Positions 15,532 to 24,300 of a DNA stretch of 64,000 nucleotides are shown in pieces. Under the pieces are notes generated by a model that was given only the letters and a program-made list of their open reading frames with translations, did not search any database and was not told where the DNA came from. Position 1 is the first letter of the stretch; each line of letters opens with the position of its first letter. Source of the stretch: an uncultured Clostridia bacterium (GTDB lineage Bacteria; Bacillota; Clostridia; Christensenellales; UBA1242); assembly GCA_947630405.1 (NCBI GenBank), contig CANRHL010000001.1:20822-84821 (forward strand). The letters are read 5' to 3'. Made by a program: the position numbers and the translations under genes.

Positions 15532-18136
15532 AAATACAAAAGTTAAAATAAAATTTTATAAAGATATAGGAATATATGACATAGTTTTAGCAGGCATAGC
15601 ATTGGCATTTATTGCCCTATTTGTTTCTAGCAATTTGCCTAACAAATATATGTTTGCAATTGGTGTTTTGGCTATTGTTGCACCTATGTATATTCCTTTG
15701 GGTGATATAAAACTTTATCAAGCAGTTGGTTATGGGATTAAGTTTGGCATTGCACAAAAAACCTTTTTAAAAAAGAAAAAGGGAAACAATCATATTAGTG
15801 TTATTGTGCCTTACTCCACAATTAAAGAAAATTTAATTGTTCAAAAAGACCATACGCTTACAGGCGTGATAGAAGTTAAACCCATTGAATTTAACTTATT
15901 AAGCGAAAATAAGCAAAATCATTTGATTGATGGTGTTATTTCTTCGACACTCAAAAATGTTGGCGTGTTGCAAGAATATGACTTAATAAAGTTGGATAAA
16001 CCTATCATTTTTGATAGTTATTTGAAAAATGAACTAACGCGCATACAAAAACTTATTGCAGAAAATGAAAATAACAATTTAAAGGAAGATGAGTTTAGAA
16101 AGCGAGTTGAAATTATAGAAGATAGAATAAACTTAATAGATAGTTTAAATTCAAATGAAAAGATTTATGCTAGTGCTTATTACATAGCAATACACGATAT
16201 TGATAAAAGAAGTTTAAATAATACACTAGATATTATAGAGCAAACATTAAAGAACAATAATTTAGAGGCAAAAAGGTTAAACAACAAAGAACTAGCAATA
16301 TTTTTGAAATATTCTTATGATAAAGATTTTGACGAACGAGAGTTTGATAAAATTGAAGAAAAAGATTATATAAGGCATATATACCCTAACTCTGTTCAGT
16401 TTAAAACCCTATCCACAAAACAAAATGACAAAACTTTAACGCATTTTATAATAACTGACTATCCACTAAAAGTGGATAATGCTTGGGGACAAGATTTATT
16501 CAATATTCCTAACACAAAAGTTGTTATGAAAGCAAAACCTGTGGATAAATACAAGGCCATTAAAAGAATAGATAACGCAATAAACGAGTTAATGTCGCAA
16601 AACACATTAGGCAAAGCAAGCTCTCAAATTGACAAGCAAACACATTTGGAAAGTTTGCAAATGTTGTTAGAGGGATTGCAAAATGATAATGAGGTATTTT
16701 TTGACATTACAATGATAATAACAGCTTATGACAAAGGAAAGGAAACCACAAATAAAAAATTTGTTAGAAGAAAGTTAAGAGAAATGGGTTTTAAATTTAG
16801 CGAAATGTTTGGCAGACAAATTGAAAGTTATTTTTCTTCAAATATCAACACTTACAACAAAACAAAAATATCACGAGGGATAAATTCTTCTTCAATTGCG
16901 GCGGCGTTCCCATTTGTTAGCAATGCAATATTAGATGACAATGGTTTGTTAATAGGCGAAAACCAACTACCTACTTTTGTGGACTTTTTTAGGCGAGATG
17001 ATGAACGAGTAAATTCAAACACGGTTATTATTGGCAAATCTGGTAGTGGAAAATCTTATGCAACAAAAATGTTGTTAGCAAACTTGGCAAGTGATAACGC
17101 AAAAGTGTTTATCCTAGACCCAGAAAACGAATATGGAACTTTGGCAAGCAATTTGTGTGGAAAAGTTTTAGATGTTTCATCTTCAAAATATGGAAGAATA
17201 AACCCATTTCATATAATAATGAGTTTAGACGATGAAAACCAAGATGGCAGCAACAACTCTTTCTACTCTCACTTGCAGTTTTTGGAAGAATTTTTTAGGT
17301 TAATCCTAGAAGGCATAAATGCGGATAGTTTGGAACTTTTAAATAAAGTTATTGTAGATGTATATAACAAAAAAGGAATTACACCTAAAACAGATTTAAC
17401 CACATTAAAGGCAAAGGACTACCCTATATTCCAAGATATTGCCGAAGAAATAGACAATAGGATTACAAGAGAAAAAGATGAGTACAATTTGTCCTGCTAT
17501 AAAGTTTTAGCAAACTATATGAGCAAATTTAGGCGTGGTGGTAGAAATTCTGCCCTATGGAACGGATTTACTACTTTTAACCCAACTGAAAATTTTGTTT
17601 GTTTCAACTTTCAAAAACTATTAGCAAATAAGAACAACCTTATTGCCAACGCACAAATGCTTTTAGTTTTAAAATGGTTAGACAACGAAGTTATTAAAAA
17701 TAGAGATTACAATTTGCTTAATGGAACTGAAAGAAAAATTGTTATAGCAATAGATGAAGCGCACGTGTTCATTGATGAAAAATTCCCTATTGCGTTAGAT
17801 TTTATGTATCAACTTGCAAAACGCATAAGGAAATACAATGGTATGCAAATTGTTATTACTCAAAACATTAAAGATTTTGTTGGTAGCCCAGAGATAGCAC
17901 GCAAATCTTCCGCAATTATAAATGTAAGCCAATATTCATTTATCTTTTCGCTTTCGCCAAATGATATAACTGACCTTTGCGCTTTGTATGAAAAGGCAGG
18001 ACAAATAAACGAAAACGAAACGGACAATATTGTAAACTTGCCGCGCGGAAGTGCTTTTTTAATTACAGGCCCAGCAAATAGGACAAATATTAGAATTGTG
18101 GCAACCCCACAAATTAAACAATTATTTGAAAATTAG
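15515..18136 (+). CDS. VirB4-family conjugation ATPase with N-terminal VirB3-like TM segment
   Basis: AAGGAG then ATG at 15515. Walker A GKSGSGKSY; Walker B IAIDEAHVF. Confidence 0.9.
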   Translation: MRIIPKNTKVKIKFYKDIGIYDIVLAGIALAFIALFVSSNLPNKYMFAIGVLAIVAPMYIPLGDIKLYQAVGYGIKFGIAQKTFLKKKKGNNHISVIVPYSTIKENLIVQKDHTLTGVIEVKPIEFNLLSENKQNHLIDGVISSTLKNVGVLQEYDLIKLDKPIIFDSYLKNELTRIQKLIAENENNNLKEDEFRKRVEIIEDRINLIDSLNSNEKIYASAYYIAIHDIDKRSLNNTLDIIEQTLKNNNLEAKRLNNKELAIFLKYSYDKDFDEREFDKIEEKDYIRHIYPNSVQFKTLSTKQNDKTLTHFIITDYPLKVDNAWGQDLFNIPNTKVVMKAKPVDKYKAIKRIDNAINELMSQNTLGKASSQIDKQTHLESLQMLLEGLQNDNEVFFDITMIITAYDKGKETTNKKFVRRKLREMGFKFSEMFGRQIESYFSSNINTYNKTKISRGINSSSIAAAFPFVSNAILDDNGLLIGENQLPTFVDFFRRDDERVNSNTVIIGKSGSGKSYATKMLLANLASDNAKVFILDPENEYGTLASNLCGKVLDVSSSKYGRINPFHIIMSLDDENQDGSNNSFYSHLQFLEEFFRLILEGINADSLELLNKVIVDVYNKKGITPKTDLTTLKAKDYPIFQDIAEEIDNRITREKDEYNLSCYKVLANYMSKFRRGGRNSALWNGFTTFNPTENFVCFNFQKLLANKNNLIANAQMLLVLKWLDNEVIKNRDYNLLNGTERKIVIAIDEAHVFIDEKFPIALDFMYQLAKRIRKYNGMQIVITQNIKDFVGSPEIARKSSAIINVSQYSFIFSLSPNDITDLCALYEKAGQINENETDNIVNLPRGSAFLITGPANRTNIRIVATPQIKQLFEN

Positions 18137-18144
18137 GAGATTTT

Positions 18145-19086
18145 ATGGAAGAAAATAAGTTTACAACGCTTGATGATTTAATTGAATTATCTCACAAGAA
18201 TTATTTACAAATGTTAAAGGACAATAAATTGCCAGAACTTTTAAGGGCAATTGGATTGTTCCCAGACCAAACGATTACAAATGATGTTTTGATTTTATCT
18301 CAAAACCCTAACGCAACTTGCGTTAAGCGTATGAAAGAGTGGAATTTTTATAAAAGAGTTGTAAAGAAAAGTGAAAAAGCAATAAAAGTGGTTGCACACC
18401 ACATTGAAAACTTAAACCAAGATTACACCGATGAACGAGGCAACACCTATTCACAGGATTTGCCTAAACTTGTGTACGAAGTTGGTTTTGTTTTTGATAT
18501 AGACCAAACCGAAGGCAAAGAATATAACTATTTGAACTCTAACAAAGAAAATGTTGCAGCACATTTTGAAGCAGTCAAAAAAGCATTGGAAATGACAGCA
18601 AAAGATTTTACATTTGAATACACCAACCAAGATGAAAATTCAAAAATAGATTGGGAAAATAAGGTTGTATATATTAAAGATGGACTATCTGTTAGCGATG
18701 TTATAGATGAGCTTATTAAAGATGTTTCTAAAATTCTTTTAACAACTAGAAAAAACGAAGGATTGGAAAATATTGGGGATTTAGAACAAAATTGCGTTAT
18801 TTATGCAATCAATTCAAAGTTAGGACTAGATTTGCCTAATTATGACTTTACAATTAACAACCTAACCGAAGCAGGTATGAAAAACTTTAATTATAACTTG
18901 CAAAAAATTAGGTCAGTTACAAAGCAAATGTTATCTAATGTAGAAAGCGCTATTGAATATGCGGTTAGAAAATTGGATAGAGAAATGGAACTTGCGGAAA
19001 AGACACAACAAAACTACGAAACGGAAAAACCTAGAACAAAACGCACTAGAACAAGACAAAGTGAAAGCGAGGTGGAAAATGCTTAA
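18145..19086 (+). CDS. ArdC-N-like (ssDNA-binding / antirestriction-type) domain protein
   Basis: NDVLILSQNPNATCVKRMKEWNFYKRVVKKSEKAIKV ... FVFDIDQTEG; the same domain recurs at the N-terminus of the 1923-aa protein. Confidence 0.5.
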   Translation: MEENKFTTLDDLIELSHKNYLQMLKDNKLPELLRAIGLFPDQTITNDVLILSQNPNATCVKRMKEWNFYKRVVKKSEKAIKVVAHHIENLNQDYTDERGNTYSQDLPKLVYEVGFVFDIDQTEGKEYNYLNSNKENVAAHFEAVKKALEMTAKDFTFEYTNQDENSKIDWENKVVYIKDGLSVSDVIDELIKDVSKILLTTRKNEGLENIGDLEQNCVIYAINSKLGLDLPNYDFTINNLTEAGMKNFNYNLQKIRSVTKQMLSNVESAIEYAVRKLDREMELAEKTQQNYETEKPRTKRTRTRQSESEVENA

Positions 19087-19351
19087 TATTGGTGGCGAAC
19101 TTGCATTTACTTTGCAAGACATAGATTATTCATCTAAAAAAGATTTACTAGATAGATTGCGTGCACTCCGTGAGAGTATGCACGATTACTCAAAAGAAGA
19201 ACGAAAAATATTAAAACCAATTTTGGCAGTTGCTATCCAACAAGCATTTTATATCAACGAGTGGGAACTTATGAGATATAAAAATTTTTGCAAATATAGA
19301 AGCGAACACGGATATGACAAAGTGGTTGTTCAACAAAAATTATTAGTTTAA
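19079..19351 (+). CDS. hypothetical protein (90 aa)
   Basis: GAGGTGG RBS then ATG at 19079, overlapping the preceding stop. The longer track ORF from 18953 overlaps the upstream gene out of frame. Confidence 0.4.
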   Translation: MLNIGGELAFTLQDIDYSSKKDLLDRLRALRESMHDYSKEERKILKPILAVAIQQAFYINEWELMRYKNFCKYRSEHGYDKVVVQQKLLV

Positions 19352-19361
19352 AGGAGTTTTA

Positions 19362-20417
19362 ATGGAAGAAAATAAAAAATCAAAAGCGGCAGGCATATCA
19401 ATTGGTATTATTGTTCTTGTTGTGTTTTTAGGATTTGGATTTTTAATTGGATTTGCACAAACAAGAAGCGCACAAAACTTGGCACAAACAAATGATGAAG
19501 GCCCTTATGCCGATTTTTACTTTAATAAAAATGGCGAACTTATTTATTATGCAGGTGATGAGAGTGAAGTTGTTGTGCCAGAAACCTACTCTATCAATAC
19601 AATTGCTCAAACAAAAGAAATTGTTAGTCAAAATGTAAACGAATTGACAAATATTGCTGCTAAATTAGGGTTGGAAGATTACACAATACTTGCAACGCAA
19701 GTGCCATCTCCAACTTCTTATGGCAAAACGGTTACTGAATACACACTAAAATTTAGATTTTTTGGTGCGGTTGCAGGTAGTGATTACACCGTAACAAGAA
19801 TTGCCGAAAGGGCGTTCACTGACAACACAAAAATAACAAGAGTTGAATTGCCGCAAACGGTTACATATTTGGGCGAAACTGCGTTTGCAGGTTGCACTAA
19901 ATTAAAAGAAGTGGTTTTGCCGCCTTCGTTAGATTATATGGGACAATATCAATTTCAGAATTGTTCTAGTTTAACATCAATAACAATTCCTAAAAACCTT
20001 ACGGATATAAATTATGGCAGCTTTATGAGTTGTTCTAACTTGCAAAGTGTAGAAATGTCAGACGATATTACTTGTATTGGCTCGCAAGTATTTTATTATT
20101 GCAAAAATTTGAAATCAATTAAATTGCCTGCCAATTTGCAACGCATAGAATCAAATGCTTTTTACTATACAGGGTTGGAAGAAATTGATATTCCTGCTAG
20201 CGTGAACTACATTTCAAACAGAGCATTTTGGGGTTGCAATAACCTAACGAAAGTTGTTTTGCGTTCATCTATGGTTGTGAGTGCGGACTCTTCAATTTTT
20301 AGCACCAATAGAAAATTGAAAATTTATGTAAATGATGACTTGTATGATAGTTATAAACAAAGTTATCCTTGGAGTGAATATTCTTCAAATATTTATAAAA
20401 TAAGCGAGATGGAATAA
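19362..20417 (+). CDS. membrane-anchored BspA-type leucine-rich-repeat surface protein
   Basis: N-terminal TM helix. Repeated units such as I-AF-C-L-I-IP-V-IG of about 23 aa (AFAGCTKLKEVVLPPSLDYMG, FQNCSSLTSITIPKNLTDIN ...). Confidence 0.8.
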   Translation: MEENKKSKAAGISIGIIVLVVFLGFGFLIGFAQTRSAQNLAQTNDEGPYADFYFNKNGELIYYAGDESEVVVPETYSINTIAQTKEIVSQNVNELTNIAAKLGLEDYTILATQVPSPTSYGKTVTEYTLKFRFFGAVAGSDYTVTRIAERAFTDNTKITRVELPQTVTYLGETAFAGCTKLKEVVLPPSLDYMGQYQFQNCSSLTSITIPKNLTDINYGSFMSCSNLQSVEMSDDITCIGSQVFYYCKNLKSIKLPANLQRIESNAFYYTGLEEIDIPASVNYISNRAFWGCNNLTKVVLRSSMVVSADSSIFSTNRKLKIYVNDDLYDSYKQSYPWSEYSSNIYKISEME

Positions 20418-20419
20418 AT

Positions 20420-21310
20420 ATGAAAAAAGTACAAGTTATGTCGTGGGGAGTATTGTTTATTGTAGCAATTGCCCTATGTCTTTTTTTAATTGGATTTACA
20501 CAAAGTGTAGATTTACATAAAGATAAAATTCTACCCCTAGATGGGTACATTTTAAGTGCAGGCACGATTGTTGGTTACGAGGGCGATGACAAAGTTTTGG
20601 AAATTCCCGCAAGTTATTCTTATGGTGGCACAAAGCAAAAAGTTGGGCAAATAACCTTTAATTATGAGTGGGAAGCTTTTGAATTTTTTGAAGAAAACTA
20701 TGCCATAGGTGCGGAAGGTTATTACGATTTTTATGAAGAAATTTACACGCACGAATATCCTTGGGATTACACCTACAACATAACTCAATATATTTATGTT
20801 CAGGGTGATGATTTTAAAATAACCAATATTGCAGAAAGTGCTTTTAGAAATAACCGAAAAATTGAAAAGGTTATTTTGCCACGAGCAATAGAGAAAATAG
20901 GCAACTTTGCTTTTGAAAATTGCTCTAACCTAAAAGAAGTGGAATTTAAAGAGGGATTAAAAGTGCTTGGGGATAGTGTGTTTAGGTGGTCAGGCGTAGA
21001 AAAAATAAACTTCCCACAAAGTTTAGAAACCATTTATCCATATTGCTTTAATGGTTGCTCTTCTTTAACGGAAGTAACCGTTGGCGAAAATGTTAAAGAA
21101 ATAATGATGGGTTGTTTTAATGGCTGCGACAACTTGGAATATGTTTATCTAAATTCGCAATACGCAATAGACACCTTTTACACGGATTATTACCAAGTAT
21201 TTTCACGCTGCCCTAAACTAAAAGCAATTTATGTGCCAGAAAAACATTTGAACTACTACCAGACAACTATGCCTTGGAGTATGTGGAGTGAATTATATAT
21301 AGCAATTTAG
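20420..21310 (+). CDS. second membrane-anchored BspA-type LRR surface protein
   Basis: N-terminal TM helix; AFENCSNLKEVEFKEGLKVLG, FNGCSSLTEVTVGENVKEI repeats. Confidence 0.8.
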   Translation: MKKVQVMSWGVLFIVAIALCLFLIGFTQSVDLHKDKILPLDGYILSAGTIVGYEGDDKVLEIPASYSYGGTKQKVGQITFNYEWEAFEFFEENYAIGAEGYYDFYEEIYTHEYPWDYTYNITQYIYVQGDDFKITNIAESAFRNNRKIEKVILPRAIEKIGNFAFENCSNLKEVEFKEGLKVLGDSVFRWSGVEKINFPQSLETIYPYCFNGCSSLTEVTVGENVKEIMMGCFNGCDNLEYVYLNSQYAIDTFYTDYYQVFSRCPKLKAIYVPEKHLNYYQTTMPWSMWSELYIAI

Positions 21311-21323
21311 TATGGAGTAAATT

Positions 21324-24300
21324 ATGACAGAACAAGCAGTTGCAAATGATTTAATTGAAAACATATTGGACAACACAATTTATCTTGCTAACTTTTTTAA
21401 GTTTAGAGTAAACAATCCCGCTTTTAATTTCGCACAAGCAATGCAAATAATAACTCGCAACCCACACGCAAGCATTTGCAAATCATTTGATGAGTGGAAC
21501 GCGCTAAATAGAAGAATTATTCGAAATTCAAAAGCACTTACATTTATTGATGAAAATAACCCTAGCAAGAAACGATATGTTTTTGATATAGACCAAACTT
21601 ATGGCGTGGATTATCCGCCAAAGACCTATCCTATGGACAATCATTTAGTTGCTGAAATAGACCAAATAAATGACATAGAAAGTGAAAACACAACAAACAA
21701 TTATTACAATCTTTTAGATGTTATTAACCAATTCAATGCTGAAAATGGTTATACAAAAGAAAATAAAACTGAAAACCAATATCTAAATAGATTTATTGCA
21801 ATTTATCTAAACGCGACATTTGTAAATTCAATAAAAGTGCCAGCGGAAGTGGATTTTGAAGAACTTGACACTAATAAAAAAATAGATTTATGCGAAGAAG
21901 CGGAAGAAATTGCAAAAGAAATTACAAATTCAATTTTACAAATAAGGAGAGAAAATGAAAAATCAAAATTACAATCCAATAGAGAAAGCTCAACAATTAG
22001 ACCGATACGGTATAATGGCATTGAACTATCTAAAAACAACTCGACAGAACAAATATCTATACTTGATGATGACGGAAACTTTGTTAGATTATTTGTTGAA
22101 GATACAAACTCAATGCAACCAAATGCAACAGAGATTGTTAAGGAAATTCCGCAAGAATATGAAACCAACATTGAATTATATGGAGAGATTACACCTAGAA
22201 CAAATGAATTACGAGATAGCGGAAGAATTGATAACCCACAAGATAATTTACAATATCTAAACTATAAACTAACTGAAAAAGATTTTGAAAAAATTGGCGG
22301 CGCAAAAACTAAATATAAAGATAATGTTGCGGCAATAAAACTTGTTAGACAACTAGATGAAGAAAACCGCAATCCAACGCAAGAAGAACAGGCAATTCTA
22401 GCCAAGTATGTTGGTTGGGGTGGAATTCCGCAAGTTTTTGATGAAAATAATGAGAATTGGCAAAAAGAATATGCCGAACTCAAAGAACTTTTATCCACGA
22501 AACAATATGAACTTGCGAAAAGCTCTACCCTAACCGCCCATTTTACTAGCAAAACAATCATTGATGGAATTTACAATGCGTTATCTAATATGGGATTTAC
22601 AAAAGGCACTATTTTAGAGCCCGCAGCAGGAACAGGCAACTTTATTGGACTTGTGCCAGATAGTTTTGATAAAACAAAAATTTCTGGCGTGGAAATTGAT
22701 GAGATAACAGGCAAAATTGCAAAATATCTTTATCCACAATCTAACATACAAATTACAGGGTTTGAAAACACAAACTTTAAAGACAATCAATTTGATAGCG
22801 TTATAACCAATGTGCCTTTTGGTGCTTATAAGGTTTACGATAGAGATTATGATAAATTTAATTTCTTTATCCACGATTACTTTATTGCTAAATCAATAGA
22901 TAAAATTAAACCAAATGGAATTTGTGCGGTTATTACTTCAAAAGGGACAATGGACAAACTTTCTAGCAGTTTTAGAAAGTATGTTGCTGACCGCGCTGAA
23001 TTGCTTGGTGCTATTCGCTTGCCAAACAACGCTTTTAAAGAGAACGCAGGAACGGAAGTTACGGCGGACATTTTGTTCTTCAAAAAGCGTGGAACAATGA
23101 TAGATAGCCAAGATAGTTGGATTTATGTAGGCAAAAATGAAAATGATATACCGCTAAACGAATATTTTATTGACCACCCAGAAATGGTGCTTGGAACAAT
23201 GAAACAAGGTGCAAGTATGTATGGTGGTGCTGATGAAACTTATTGCGAAGCTGACGATAGACCACTAGACATTGCCCTATCACAAGCAATAGCGAACTTG
23301 CCAAAGGAAATATACCAAGCACAAGTTGTTGTTGAAGAAGAAAAAAACGAAGATGTTTTGCCCGCAGATTATAACATTAGAAACTATTGCTATTCAATGA
23401 AAAATGACAAAGTGTATATGCGTGTTGATGACCAAATGATTTTACAAAACATTGCCAAAACAAATATAGATAGATTTAGGCGAATGATTGAAATAAGAGA
23501 TAAGGTTAGGTTTATTTTACAAAGGCAAATAGATAATTGTAGTGATGATGAATTGTTGCACGAGCAAACGAACTTAAACACTCTTTATGACAATTTTGTT
23601 AAAAAGTATGGATACTTAAATAGTAAACATAATAGAAATTTGTTTAGGCAAGACGCGGATTACCCTTTGCTTATTTCACTAGAAAACTATGATGAACACA
23701 ACAAAACCGCAACTAAAACCGACATATTTAGTAAACGCACAATAAGAATACACGAACGAGTTAAAACCGCAAATGATGCCCAAGAAGCATTGCAAATAAG
23801 CAAAAACGAGTTGGGCAAAGTGGATTTAAGATATATTGAACAACTTACAGGGTTAGATTATGACACTGTGGTAGAAAATTTAAAGAACTCTATATTTAAA
23901 AATCCACTTGCGGAAACTTTTAACACAGAAGAAGATATTAAATATGTTGGTTGGGAAACCGCCGATGAATATTTAAGCGGAAATGTTAAGCAAAAGTTAA
24001 GAATTGCAAAAAGGGCTGCACAAGACAATCCAATGTACAATGTAAATGTTGAAGCATTGGAAGAAACGCAACCAGAAGATATCCCGGCAAGTGATATTTC
24101 GGTTAGATTGGGTGCAACTTGGATTGACAAAAAGTATTACGAGCAATTTTTAGGGGAAAAGTTTAAAGTTAATAATTATTATAGAGATGAAATAAAGGTT
24201 GAATATAATAGATTTGATGGGAGTTGGGCAATTTCTGCACCTTCGTGGATTAAATCAAACATAGAATCCACGAGTATTTATGGAACTAATAGAATGAACG

